From an uncultured Alphaproteobacteria bacterium (GTDB lineage: Bacteria; Pseudomonadota; Alphaproteobacteria; RF32; CAG-239), in the NCBI GenBank assembly GCA_944391495.1, contig CALXTU010000004.1, positions 5,041 through 69,040 of the forward strand: 64,000 bases of DNA. Reading direction: 5' to 3'. Positions 34,365-44,526 of the stretch are shown one piece after another. Under the pieces are notes generated by a model, which saw nothing but the letters and a program-made list of their open reading frames with translations, was not told the origin of the DNA and made no database searches. Made by a program: the position numbers and the translations under genes. Numbering within the stretch: position 1 is the first letter of the stretch; each line of letters opens with the position of its first letter.

Positions 34365-36446
34365 TTAAGCCTTATAAGTTCTGACACCGTCGTCTTGCTC
34401 AAACAGATATAAAAGAATTCTCAGCGCCTGTCCGCGCGGGCTCTGCAGATTGGGATCTTTATTAAGGATAAGCTTGGCGTCCTGATTGGCAATAAACAAA
34501 AGATTTTTATGATATTCCATATCCGCCAGCCTGAACTGACAAAAGCCGCTTTGTCTGGTGCCCAGGATTTCACCGCCGCCGCGCAGTTCCAAATCTTTTT
34601 CGGCAATCAAAAAACCGTCTTCGGTCTGTTTCATGATGTTAAGACGCTCATGAGCGGTTTCGCTCAGGGGCTGCCCGTAAAGCAGCAGACAAGTCGCCGC
34701 CTCAAACCCGCGTTTGACTCGTCCGCGCAGCTGGTGCAGCTGCGCCAGTCCGAAACGCTCGGCATGTTCAATCACCATAATGGTGGCTTCCGGCACATTT
34801 ACGCCGACTTCAATCACCGTCGTCGCCACCAGCAGTTTAATCTCACCTCGTTTAAACCGCTCCATAACCGCGTCTTTGTCTTTTTCTTTCATCTTGCCGT
34901 GCACCAGTCCGACATCATTGCCGAATATCTTGCGCAGGTCTTCAAACCGTGCTTCGGCTGCTGCCAGGTCGCTTTTTTCGGATTCTTCCACCAGCGGACA
35001 AACCCAGTAGGCTCTGGTGCCGCTTTCGATTTTGCGCTTTAAGGCCGCCACCGTTTCCGTCAGTTTGCTGAGCGGCAAAACTCGGGTGTCCACCGGCTTG
35101 CGCCCTTCGGGAACCTGGTCGATTTTGGAGTATTCCATATCGCCGTAAGATGTCAAAACCAGCGTCCGCGGAATAGGGGTGGCCGTCATCACCAAAACAT
35201 CGGCCTTATTGCCTTTTTCCGACAATTTAAGCCGCTGGTGCACGCCAAACCGGTGTTGCTCGTCCACGACCACAAAGCCGAGTTCGTGGTAACTGACGTC
35301 TTCTTGAAACAACGCGTGCGTACCGATAAGAATATTAATGCTTCCCTCCGCCAGCCGCGACAATATTTCGGCCCGGGCTTTGCCTTTGGTCTTGCCGGTC
35401 AGAAGCGCCGCCGTAATGCCGATATCCTCGCACATCGGTGCAATCGTTTCAAAATGCTGTTTGGCCAAAATCTCGGTCGGCGCCATAATGGCGGCCTGCA
35501 GTCCGCTTTCAACCGCATTCAGCATTGCCAAAAATGCCACAATCGTTTTGCCGGAGCCGACATCGCCCTGCAACAGCCGCAGCATGCGGAGCGGCTCGGC
35601 CTGGTCGGCATAAATTTCGGCCAACACGTTTTTTTGCGCGCTTGTCAGGGCAAAGGGCAGTTTTTCCAAAATCTTTTTGCGTAAAAGCCCGTTGCCGCGG
35701 ATAATCCGCCCGTTTTGTTTTTTGACGCGTTCGCGGGCAATGGCCAACGTCAGCTGATTAGCCAGAAGTTCGTCATAAGCCAGTCGTGCCCGCTCTTTGG
35801 CATAAGGCTCAAGATCCTGCTGATAATGCGGATGATGAGCTTTGAGCAGCGCCGTGCGGAAATCGTCCCAGCCGTGTTGTTTGACAAAGGCCGCGTCAAG
35901 CCATTCGGGCAGGGCGGGTACCCGTGCCAATGCCTGTTCGGCATATTTGTTAAGCATTTTGTTGCTGATGCCGGCCGTCAGCGGATAAACCGGTTCAAAT
36001 GCCGGAATTTTGTCGCTTTCGGCTTCCGGCACGATGTAGTCCGGGTGTGCCATCTGCAGCATGCCGTTAAAACTTTCAAGTTTGCCGCTGACAATCCGCA
36101 CCGCGCCGACGGGCAGATTCTTGGCAATCGAATCAGCATAAACCTTAAAGAAAACCAGAGTCAGATCTTCGCTGCCGTCGCTGACGACCACCCGGTAGGG
36201 CTGCTGCCGTGTTTTCGGCGCAATATGTTCAACAACCTTAACCCGCACGGTGCAAATCCGGCCCGGCACGGCGTCTTTAAGCCGCGGCCGGTAAGAGCGA
36301 TCGACAATTCCCGCCGGCAGATGAAACGCCAGATCAACAATTTTACTGCCGCCCAAAAGATTTTGCAGCAGTTTAACGGTCTTGCTGCCGATACCTTTCA
36401 GCACCGAAATATCGGCAAACAGGGGAAACAGAATCTCCGGACGCAT
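34365..36446 (-). CDS. recG: ATP-dependent DNA helicase RecG
   Basis: Wedge domain, helicase motifs I-VI (GDVGSGKT, DEQHRFG). Started at the internal MRPEILFPLF. Confidence 0.9.
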   Translation of the reverse strand: MRPEILFPLFADISVLKGIGSKTVKLLQNLLGGSKIVDLAFHLPAGIVDRSYRPRLKDAVPGRICTVRVKVVEHIAPKTRQQPYRVVVSDGSEDLTLVFFKVYADSIAKNLPVGAVRIVSGKLESFNGMLQMAHPDYIVPEAESDKIPAFEPVYPLTAGISNKMLNKYAEQALARVPALPEWLDAAFVKQHGWDDFRTALLKAHHPHYQQDLEPYAKERARLAYDELLANQLTLAIARERVKKQNGRIIRGNGLLRKKILEKLPFALTSAQKNVLAEIYADQAEPLRMLRLLQGDVGSGKTIVAFLAMLNAVESGLQAAIMAPTEILAKQHFETIAPMCEDIGITAALLTGKTKGKARAEILSRLAEGSINILIGTHALFQEDVSYHELGFVVVDEQHRFGVHQRLKLSEKGNKADVLVMTATPIPRTLVLTSYGDMEYSKIDQVPEGRKPVDTRVLPLSKLTETVAALKRKIESGTRAYWVCPLVEESEKSDLAAAEARFEDLRKIFGNDVGLVHGKMKEKDKDAVMERFKRGEIKLLVATTVIEVGVNVPEATIMVIEHAERFGLAQLHQLRGRVKRGFEAATCLLLYGQPLSETAHERLNIMKQTEDGFLIAEKDLELRGGGEILGTRQSGFCQFRLADMEYHKNLLFIANQDAKLILNKDPNLQSPRGQALRILLYLFEQDDGVRTYKA

Positions 36447-36536
36447 AAAACCGTGGCCTTTCGTGAAATAAAACTTGCATAACCAAAGGCTATTGTATAT
36501 ATTTTTTCGCGTTAAGTAAACAACAAGAAACAAATA

Positions 36537-39500
36537 ATGCAGTACAATATCGCGCATTTTAAGGGAGCCGTTTTTTCTTCCGTCGCCAGGGGCTATGACG
36601 CTCTTCTGGCGGGCAATTTTGCGCTCAACTCGCCGGAAGGCGTGGTCTACATTGCCGCCGACGGTGTTGAGCTGGCCAATATGGCCGCTCTTTTGGAATA
36701 TATGTATCCGTCGTTGCAGGTGTTGCGGTTTCCGGCCTGGGATACCGTGCCGTATGACCGTGTTTCGCCCAATCCGTCAATCATTGCGCAGCGGATTGAC
36801 TGCCTGTCGGCTCTGGCGCAAAATCCGTCGCCCGAGCACCCGCGCATTGTGGTAACCTCGGTCGGTGCGGTGCTGCAAAAACTGCCGCCGAAGAAAATTT
36901 TTCTTAATTCAATACGTGAAGTTTCTGTCGGCAGTAAATTGAATTTTGATGATTTTTTGCATTACGCAGCAGTCAACGGCTATAACCGCGTCGCTCAGGT
37001 TTATGAGGCCGGGGAATATGCCGTCCGCGGTGATATCATAGATATTTTTCCGGTCGGCACCGACGAGCCGCTGCGCATAGATTTGTTTGATGACGAGGTT
37101 GAGCGTATCCGCAAATTTGACGTCATGAGCCAGCGAACCACCGGCGAGCTGCGGTCATACCGATTCAAGGTCATGAGCGAGGTCATTCTGGACGCCAACA
37201 CCATAAAGACTTTCCGCTCCAAATACCGCGAAGCCTTCGGCGCCGACTTCAGCGGCGATGAAATTTATGAGGCCGTTTCCGCCGGCCGCAAATATATCGG
37301 TCTGGAAAACTGGCTGCCGTTTTTTTATGAAGATCCGCTGCCGACTTTGTTTGATTATCTGCCGTCCGCCGGAATTCTGGTTTCGGACAAAGTTGCCGAT
37401 GCGGCCGCCGCCAAAGCCGACAGCATTGCCGATTATTATCATGCCCGCCTTGAGGCGCTCAAGATAAAATCGGCCGCCGGCGAAGAGGCCTATCGCCCGG
37501 TAAAACCGGAACTTCTCTATTTGACGGACAAAGAATTTGAAAATATATTAAAGCAAAAACAAAGTATTACAATAACATTTTTAAGCATTCCATCATCGGA
37601 AAATGTTATTGATTGCCGGATTCTGCCGTCCCGCGATTTTGCCTCGGCCAAGAACATTACCGCCGGCGAGGTTTATGTTGAGCTCAAAAATTATCTGAAC
37701 GAGAACAAAAAGCTGAAACGCATCATTGCCTGCTATTCCGAGGGCAGCCGCGAACGTTTGTTTTCGCTGATGAATGAATACGAAATCCCGGACCTGACCT
37801 TTGCCGCAGGCTGGGACGAAGCCCTGGATAAAGCCAAAGACAAAGTGGTTATGGTTATTATGCCGCTGGAACACGGCTTTAAGGGCGATGGCTTGTGTCT
37901 GGTTGCCGAGCAGGACATTCTGGGCGAAAAGCAAAACCGCCGCAAGCAAAAGAAATATTCCTCCAAGGATTTTATCGCCGATGTCGGCTCATTGCAGGTC
38001 GGCGAATTGGTGGTGCATATTGACCACGGCATCGGCCGTTTTATGGGGCTTGAAAACATCACGGCCGGCGGTGCGCCGCATGATTGTCTGAAGATTGTTT
38101 ATGCCAATGATGCCAAGCTGTTTGTACCGGTTGAAAACATTGATGTCTTGTCGCGCTACGGTCTTGACGACGAAAATATTGAGCTTGATACGCTGGGCGG
38201 CGCGGCCTGGTCGGCCAAAAAGGCCAAAGTCAAGGCCAAAATCCGCGATATTGCCGAAAAACTGATTAAAATTGCCGCCGAGCGCCATCTCAAAAAGGCT
38301 GACTGTTATGCGCCGCCGCAGGGAATGTTTGATGATTTCTGCGCCCGTTTTCCTTACAACGAAACCGACGACCAGCTTAATGCCATTGCCGACGTCATGG
38401 CGGATTTGAACGCCGCAATCCCGATGGACCGTCTGGTATGCGGTGATGTCGGTTTCGGCAAGACCGAGGTCGCTCTGCGCGCCGCGTTTGCTGTGGCTGC
38501 TTCCGGCGCTCAGGTGGCGGTTGTGGTGCCGACCACCTTGCTGGCGCGCCAGCATTATCAAAATTTCAAAGCCCGGCTAGAAGGTTTTCCGATAAGGGTT
38601 AAAATGCTCTCGCGTCTGGTAACGCCCAAAGAAGCGCGCGAAACCAAACAGGGGCTGAAAGAAGGTTCGGTTGAAATTGTCATCGGCACCCACGCGCTGT
38701 TGTCGGAGAAAATTGAGTTTTGCAACCTCGGTCTGCTGATAATTGATGAGGAACAGCATTTCGGCGTGGCCCACAAAGAAAAGCTGAAACAAATCAAATC
38801 AGACGTTCACGTCCTGACTTTGACCGCCACGCCGATACCGCGCACGCTGCAGTTATCGCTGACAGGGGTCAAGAGCCTGAGCGTCATTGCCACACCGCCG
38901 GTTGACCGCCTGGCCGCGCGTTCTTTTGTCATGCCGTTTGATAAGGTGATGATTAAAGAGGCCGTCTACCGCGAAAAATACCGCGGCGGCCAAACGTTTT
39001 TTGTCTGTCCGCGGGTTTCGGATATCCGCGAGGTTGAAAAAGAACTGCGCGCATTGCTGCCGGATATCAAAATTCTGGTGGCCCACGGCCAAATGCCGGC
39101 CAAACAGCTTGAAGAGGTTATGAACGATTTTGCCGACGGTCAGGCCGATATGCTGTTGTCGACCACGATTATCGAATCCGGCATTGATATGCCGCGGGTT
39201 AACACGATGATTGTCTACCGTGCCGATATGTTCGGTTTAGCACAGTTGTATCAGCTCAAGGGCAGAATAGGGCGCGGCAAAGTCAGGGGCTATGCCTATT
39301 TCACCATTCCGCCGCGGCGCAAGCTTAATCCGGTGGCCGAGCGGCGTTTAAGCATTTTGCAGGCGCTGGATACGCTGGGCGCCGGCTTTTCACTGGCCAG
39401 TCACGATATGGATATCCGCGGCGCCGGCAATGTTCTGGGTGAGGAGCAGTCCGGCCATATTAAAGATGTCGGTATTTCACTTTACCAGCATATGCTGGAA

Positions 39501-40010
39501 GAAGAAATCCTGCGGCTGCGTTCCGGTGTGATGGCCGACGAGCAGCGCAAACAGATTGAAGACTGGGCCCCGCAGATTTCAACCGGTATCCCGATTATGA
39601 TACCCGAAACCTATGTCCGTGATCTGGGTATTCGTCTGGGGCTTTATAAACGCATCGGCGATATTAAAGATGCCGGAGCTTTGGCCGATATGCGCGAAGA
39701 GCTGATAGACCGTTTCGGCCCGCTGCCGCCGGAGGTTGAAAACCTGTTGACCACGGTTGAGATAAAAATTGCCTGCCGCCGGGCCGGGATTGACCGGATT
39801 GACGCCGGCGCCAAAGGAGTGTTGATCGGGTTTAGGGGCAATATTTTTGCTCATCCCGAAAAACTAATTGATTTGGTGGCCTCGTCATTCGGCGCCATCA
39901 AAGTTCGTCCGGATCAGCGCCTGTTTATTGAAAAAGACCTGTCTTCTTATGACGTCCGCATTAAAACAATCCGGCAGTATATTCACAAAATAGCCGCTTT
40001 GGCGGCATAA
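36537..40010 (+). CDS. mfd: Transcription-repair coupling factor Mfd
   Basis: 1157 aa with a UvrB-homology N-terminus, a RecG-like translocase core (GDVGFGKTE, DEEQHFG) and a TRCF C-terminus. Confidence 0.9.
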   Translation: MQYNIAHFKGAVFSSVARGYDALLAGNFALNSPEGVVYIAADGVELANMAALLEYMYPSLQVLRFPAWDTVPYDRVSPNPSIIAQRIDCLSALAQNPSPEHPRIVVTSVGAVLQKLPPKKIFLNSIREVSVGSKLNFDDFLHYAAVNGYNRVAQVYEAGEYAVRGDIIDIFPVGTDEPLRIDLFDDEVERIRKFDVMSQRTTGELRSYRFKVMSEVILDANTIKTFRSKYREAFGADFSGDEIYEAVSAGRKYIGLENWLPFFYEDPLPTLFDYLPSAGILVSDKVADAAAAKADSIADYYHARLEALKIKSAAGEEAYRPVKPELLYLTDKEFENILKQKQSITITFLSIPSSENVIDCRILPSRDFASAKNITAGEVYVELKNYLNENKKLKRIIACYSEGSRERLFSLMNEYEIPDLTFAAGWDEALDKAKDKVVMVIMPLEHGFKGDGLCLVAEQDILGEKQNRRKQKKYSSKDFIADVGSLQVGELVVHIDHGIGRFMGLENITAGGAPHDCLKIVYANDAKLFVPVENIDVLSRYGLDDENIELDTLGGAAWSAKKAKVKAKIRDIAEKLIKIAAERHLKKADCYAPPQGMFDDFCARFPYNETDDQLNAIADVMADLNAAIPMDRLVCGDVGFGKTEVALRAAFAVAASGAQVAVVVPTTLLARQHYQNFKARLEGFPIRVKMLSRLVTPKEARETKQGLKEGSVEIVIGTHALLSEKIEFCNLGLLIIDEEQHFGVAHKEKLKQIKSDVHVLTLTATPIPRTLQLSLTGVKSLSVIATPPVDRLAARSFVMPFDKVMIKEAVYREKYRGGQTFFVCPRVSDIREVEKELRALLPDIKILVAHGQMPAKQLEEVMNDFADGQADMLLSTTIIESGIDMPRVNTMIVYRADMFGLAQLYQLKGRIGRGKVRGYAYFTIPPRRKLNPVAERRLSILQALDTLGAGFSLASHDMDIRGAGNVLGEEQSGHIKDVGISLYQHMLEEEILRLRSGVMADEQRKQIEDWAPQISTGIPIMIPETYVRDLGIRLGLYKRIGDIKDAGALADMREELIDRFGPLPPEVENLLTTVEIKIACRRAGIDRIDAGAKGVLIGFRGNIFAHPEKLIDLVASSFGAIKVRPDQRLFIEKDLSSYDVRIKTIRQYIHKIAALAA

Positions 40011-40084
40011 CGCCCGTCCAAAAGAAAAAATTTACTTTTGCGCCAAAATGGGATAGAATAAATTTGTTTTGAGGGGACAAACCG

Positions 40085-40750
40085 ATGTATCCGACGGACA
40101 AATTTTATAATATGCGCGTTAATCTGATAAAAAACGGCAAAACATACAGCGAAAAAGCCGCCGTCAGAAATATATGGCAAAAAGAGCGCAGTATTTTGGT
40201 TGATATTTATATCTACCGGCTGCAAAAGGCCTTTGTCTTCGACTCTGTTTTTATTCACGACATCTGGGATTTGAGCCGCGATATTTGTTATAAAGATATG
40301 CGCAAATTTGCCGCAGATTTCGCCGCGGCCGCCGATATTCAAAAAATACCGCCGGCAAAAAATCAGACCGCGGCGGGAGATATCCTGACACCGGTCAAAG
40401 ATGATGTCATACTGTTGTTGTTTATGTCAAAAGTCTGGGATGACAAAAACAACATCAAGCAGAAGATTATTTTTGATTATATCCGCCAAACAATTGCCGC
40501 CGCCGGCAGCTTGAGCGAGCGTTATTTAAGCACCTTTTTGGCGGATTTACAACCCGGCGACGATGATTTTTATGCCGTCTTAAGCCGTCTGAAAGCCAAA
40601 AATCCCGGCCAGGCGCTCCGCCTGTTGGAAGAGGCGGTCAAAGTCTGCCTGGTAGACGGCTATCTGCATTATAACGAGCGTATGTATCTGGCCGACTTTA
40701 TTCAGGCCTTGCGGCAGGAAGGAGTCAGTATACCGCCGGATTTGATATAA
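40085..40750 (+). CDS. Hypothetical protein
   Basis: 221-aa ORF ending at a strong terminator. Confidence 0.45.
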   Translation: MYPTDKFYNMRVNLIKNGKTYSEKAAVRNIWQKERSILVDIYIYRLQKAFVFDSVFIHDIWDLSRDICYKDMRKFAADFAAAADIQKIPPAKNQTAAGDILTPVKDDVILLLFMSKVWDDKNNIKQKIIFDYIRQTIAAAGSLSERYLSTFLADLQPGDDDFYAVLSRLKAKNPGQALRLLEEAVKVCLVDGYLHYNERMYLADFIQALRQEGVSIPPDLI

Positions 40751-40751
40751 A

Positions 40752-40789
40752 AAAGGCTTCTTTTATTTTCATAAAAGAAGCCTTTTTTA
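40752..40789. terminator. Bidirectional Rho-independent terminator
   Basis: A 14-bp stem (aaggcttcttttat/ataaaagaagcctt) flanked by A- and T-tracts. Confidence 0.7.
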
Positions 40790-41314
40790 TCACTTTGACA
40801 TTTCGCGTTGCATCTCCTGAGTGATCAATGAATTTTCCAGATGCCTGAACAAAATCCGTTTGTCCTGCTCCGCCAGATCGGGATGTTCAAAAATGTGCAG
40901 CGCAATGACATCTCGCAGCAAAATTTTTTCACGCTTCAACTGAAACAACATCCGCTTTAAGGCAACCTGTTTTCTGAAAATAGGACCGAGACGCAGGCAG
41001 TCGCGACAATAACGAATCCCCTCCAAAACAAATTTAATCTTATCCCGGACAGGCCTGATACTGTCGTCGGCATGAGCGGCGGCATCTTTCCATAAACGCT
41101 GAACCGCGAGAATGGTATTCTCTTTGTCGATAACGGAGAGAACAGATTCAAACATCAAACAGTCATTATCCTCCAACGCATCTGTAACCGTCTCAACAAT
41201 CGTCTTACGGCGTCGTACATAGTCGGACAAGGCCGTAATCTTTACCTGAATATCTTGTATTTTAGCCATATTGAGAAGATTTAAGAGGTTAATAATATAA
41301 TCATTGTATATCAA
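40790..41314 (-). CDS. Hypothetical protein
   Basis: 174-aa ORF. Confidence 0.4.
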   Translation of the reverse strand: MIYNDYIINLLNLLNMAKIQDIQVKITALSDYVRRRKTIVETVTDALEDNDCLMFESVLSVIDKENTILAVQRLWKDAAAHADDSIRPVRDKIKFVLEGIRYCRDCLRLGPIFRKQVALKRMLFQLKREKILLRDVIALHIFEHPDLAEQDKRILFRHLENSLITQEMQREMSK

Positions 41315-41434
41315 GTGATTACAGCATATAAGTTTTTTTAAAAGCGGTCAATGAAAAAATGATGCGCTGCCCGCGCTCAAAAACACAAAAAAAGCCCGCG
41401 GGGAACTTTAATGTTCCCGGCGGACCGAATTTTC

Positions 41435-41779
41435 TTAATCAATGTACCTCTCCGGCCTGGAGTTGAATTCCAGAAAGGCCAGATAATGTTGCTTGGCCTC
41501 ATAATAACAGATGTTCTGGAACAGAACTGTTAAGGCCTCCGAGAGGTCGAGTTGCTCTTTATCCTCGTAGTCCACTTGATTGGACTTGTTATTGAGCATC
41601 TGCGCCCAAGCTCTGCACCCATCCTCTTGAGAGTAACCTCCCTGACGGGCCTTCACAACAATCTCTCTCAAGTAATCTACCTGTTCACAAGAAAGAAAAT
41701 TCTTTCCGGTTGCCAATTGAGGAGCGAATTCAGGTCTGATGCTTTTAACTTCGTTTGACTGAAAAATTTCTTTTGCCAT
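41435..41779 (-). CDS. Hypothetical protein
   Basis: 114-aa ORF. Confidence 0.4.
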   Translation of the reverse strand: MAKEIFQSNEVKSIRPEFAPQLATGKNFLSCEQVDYLREIVVKARQGGYSQEDGCRAWAQMLNNKSNQVDYEDKEQLDLSEALTVLFQNICYYEAKQHYLAFLEFNSRPERYID

Positions 41780-41883
41780 AATTGTAATTATTTTTAGTTA
41801 ATAATATTTGCTAATGGCAACAACATATCATATTTTGCCGGGGTGGTCAACCATAAAAATGACAAAAATATATTTTTTTGTCA

Positions 41884-41914
41884 AAAAAAGAGGCCTCGCT
41901 TTGCGAAACCTCTT
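41884..41914 (-). terminator. Terminator after the ompA-like gene
   Basis: aagagg...cctctt hairpin followed by a T-tract on the minus strand. Confidence 0.55.
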
Positions 41915-41935
41915 AAAATCAAAGCAAATCAAAGA

Positions 41936-42574
41936 TTATTGCTGATTAATCAGCACAATCTCCACCCGGCGGTTTTGTTCACGCCCGGCCGCCGTCGCAT
42001 TAGAGGCAATCGGGTTGGCCGAGCCGTATCCGGTCGCCATAATCCGGCCGGCCGCCACGCCCTGAAGCTTCAGAAAATCAGCCACGGCGTTGGCGCGGCG
42101 CTGCGATAACGGATTATTGATGGCCGCAGATCCCGTATTATCGGTGTAGCCGTTAACCTGAACCAGCGTTTTGTCATATTCTTTCAAAACCTTGGCAATC
42201 GAAACCACAACCGGCTGGAAAGAAGACTTGATGTAAGCCTCGTTGGTGTCAAAAGTAATATTTCCGGGCATAATCAGATAAATCTGACCGTTAAGTTCCT
42301 TAACCTGTACACCGGTTCCGACCAGTTCCTGCCGCAGCTTGGCTGCCTGATAATCCATATAGCCGCCGGCCGCTGCACCGCTGGCAGCACCGATACCGGC
42401 ACCGATTAACGCGCCTTTTTCACCGCCGGCCAAAGCACCGATACCGGCGCCCAAAGCCGTGCCGATACCTGCACCCCAGGCCGTTTTGGCAACCTTGCTT
42501 TCACCGGTATAAGGGTCGGTGGCACAAGCCGAAATCATGGTAACCATAACCAAAGCGGATAATATTTTTTTCAT
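41936..42574 (-). CDS. OmpA-family lipoprotein with a glycine-zipper segment
   Basis: A lipobox (MISAC), a Gly-rich region and a C-terminal OmpA-like domain (NGYTDNTGSAAINNPLSQRRA). Confidence 0.75.
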   Translation of the reverse strand: MKKILSALVMVTMISACATDPYTGESKVAKTAWGAGIGTALGAGIGALAGGEKGALIGAGIGAASGAAAGGYMDYQAAKLRQELVGTGVQVKELNGQIYLIMPGNITFDTNEAYIKSSFQPVVVSIAKVLKEYDKTLVQVNGYTDNTGSAAINNPLSQRRANAVADFLKLQGVAAGRIMATGYGSANPIASNATAAGREQNRRVEIVLINQQ

Positions 42575-43749
42575 GCACTTTTCTCCTCAGAAATTTTGCC
42601 GTGCAGCAGTCTGGCCGAATCAAGCCCCGATGCAACGGCTTCCACAATTGTTGAACCGCCGGTTTTGCAATCCCCGGCATAAATAATGTTGCTGTGTTCA
42701 ATCGGCTTTTCCGCGCGGCTGCCGATGGCTTTGATAATCAGGTCAAAACCTTCGCGCCGGATAACGGAATCCGGAATATCCTCATAACCGCGTTCTCCCG
42801 GGCGGGTAGAGCAGGTGTAGGCATCAAGCTTGCCATCGTGTTTTACCACCTTGCAGACTCTTGTGGTGGTAACCAGATCAATCTGCCGGTCAATCAGCTC
42901 TTCCATCTCTTTGCGGGTAACCTTCATGTCAAAGATTTTGCGCCTTACAAAGACCGAAACGCTGTCCGCGCCCTGATTCCTGGCCGTAACCGCGCAATCT
43001 GCCGCCACGTTGCCGCCGCCGATGATGCCGACTCTTTTGGCGCCGACAAAGTCCTGCGGCCGCTGCAGATATTCGGTATAAGGAACAACGTTTTCCTCGC
43101 CCTCAACTCCGAGATCTATGCCGTTTTGTTCACCGATTGCCATAATAACGCCGTCAAAACCGCGCTCCAGAAGCTCAACCGGATTATCAACCCGTGTGTT
43201 AAATTCAATTTCGGCATTGCCGATTCGTTTAATATAGTTCCAATCGTCTTCAATCACTTCATAGGGCAGGCGGTAGTCGGGAATCAAGTTCAATGCGCCG
43301 CCGACTTTGTCGCTTTTTTCAAACAATTTAACGCCGTATCCCAGTTTGACCAAAACCCAGGCCGCGGCCATACCGGCCGGTCCCGCGCCGACGATGGCAA
43401 TTTTTTTGCCGTTGTCCGGCTGTTTGTCCGTATCGGTCATGTCCTGGCGGTATTTGCTGATAAGCGTTGCCTGAACCAGCGGAATATTTATCGGAAAATC
43501 AATTTTGCCGCGCAAACAGGCCTTCATGCAAAACTGGTCGGGGCAAATCAACCCGCAGGTGTGTCCCATCGGGTTGTTTTTGCAGATAGAGGCAACGGCC
43601 TCTTTAAATTCGCCTTTTTTGGCATGCTGAATAAATTCCTGCGGCGAACAATTAACCGGACAAGCGCTCATACAGGGCTTGGCGGTACAGTTTAAACATC
43701 TGAACAATTCGGCTTCAAACTGCGGTTTGTTAAGATAGAGCCTGCTCAT
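42571..43749 (-). CDS. GltD/PreT-family NAD(P)H-dependent FAD/[4Fe-4S] oxidoreductase
   Basis: N-terminal Cys clusters, GAGPAG dinucleotide motifs, and a second nucleotide-binding site. Confidence 0.65.
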   Translation of the reverse strand: MSRLYLNKPQFEAELFRCLNCTAKPCMSACPVNCSPQEFIQHAKKGEFKEAVASICKNNPMGHTCGLICPDQFCMKACLRGKIDFPINIPLVQATLISKYRQDMTDTDKQPDNGKKIAIVGAGPAGMAAAWVLVKLGYGVKLFEKSDKVGGALNLIPDYRLPYEVIEDDWNYIKRIGNAEIEFNTRVDNPVELLERGFDGVIMAIGEQNGIDLGVEGEENVVPYTEYLQRPQDFVGAKRVGIIGGGNVAADCAVTARNQGADSVSVFVRRKIFDMKVTRKEMEELIDRQIDLVTTTRVCKVVKHDGKLDAYTCSTRPGERGYEDIPDSVIRREGFDLIIKAIGSRAEKPIEHSNIIYAGDCKTGGSTIVEAVASGLDSARLLHGKISEEKSA

Positions 43750-43761
43750 GGCAAAAGTCCT

Positions 43762-44505
43762 TTAGATCATGGCCATGCCGCCGTTGACGTGAATTGTTTG
43801 CCCGGTGATATAGCCGGCTTCGTCGCTGGCCAGAAAAACCGCGGCATTAGCCACATCGTCCGGCGTGCCCATTTTAGCCATCGGAATATTTTCCAAAACT
43901 TTTTCTTTGGCTTTGTCGGACAAGACATCAGTCATCGGCGTTTTGATAAAACCGGGAGCCAGGCAGTTAATGGTAATCCCGCGCGAGGCAACCTCCAGCG
44001 CCATGGATTTTGACATTCCGATAAGTCCGGCTTTGCTGGCGGCATAATTGCTTTGTCCGACATTGCCGACCACGCCAACCACCGAGGTCATATTGATAAT
44101 CCGGCCGAAGCGGTGCTTCAACATTCCGGGCAAAACCGCCTTTGACAACAAAAAGCTTGATGTCAGATTGGTATCCAGAACCTTATGCCAGGCCTCGCTG
44201 GAAATTTTTAATGACAGGTTGTCTTTGGTAATGCCGGCATTGTTAATCAAAACATCAATTTTACCGCAGTCTTCCTCAACCTGCGCCACCAGTTTGGCGA
44301 TATTGCTTTCTTCGCTCAGGTCGGCGGCATAGGTCCTGACCACACCGTCGGGCAGTTCACTCTGCCGAAAGGCTTCCAGCTTGGCTTTATCGCGGCCGAC
44401 AATCGCCAGTTCGGCGCCTTGCTGTTGGAATAATTTGCATATCCCTCTGCCGATGCCGCCGGTCGCGCCGGTAATCAGAACAATTTTGCCGTGAAAGTCA
44501 AGCAT
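43762..44505 (-). CDS. fabG: 3-oxoacyl-ACP reductase
   Basis: Short-chain dehydrogenase (TGATGGIG, YAASKAG). Confidence 0.9.
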   Translation of the reverse strand: MLDFHGKIVLITGATGGIGRGICKLFQQQGAELAIVGRDKAKLEAFRQSELPDGVVRTYAADLSEESNIAKLVAQVEEDCGKIDVLINNAGITKDNLSLKISSEAWHKVLDTNLTSSFLLSKAVLPGMLKHRFGRIINMTSVVGVVGNVGQSNYAASKAGLIGMSKSMALEVASRGITINCLAPGFIKTPMTDVLSDKAKEKVLENIPMAKMGTPDDVANAAVFLASDEAGYITGQTIHVNGGMAMI

Positions 44506-44526
44506 GGAGCACCTCCGTAACAGTTT

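Noticed and set aside
35238-36482. Plus-strand ORFs inside recG (35238-35684, 35715-36482) and similar antisense ORFs inside the mfd, lon, gltD-like, accC, NMO-like and fab genes (for example 37989-38561, 42694-43695, 48035-49006, 49582-50442)
   Set aside because: All are fully overlapped on the opposite strand by strongly recognisable conserved genes. They have no ribosome-binding sites and their translations are low-complexity and Arg-rich.
34365-36557. Long form of recG (730 aa) overlapping the mfd start
   Set aside because: RecG homology begins at the internal MRPEILFPLF. The upstream 37 codons look like read-through of the divergent promoter region.
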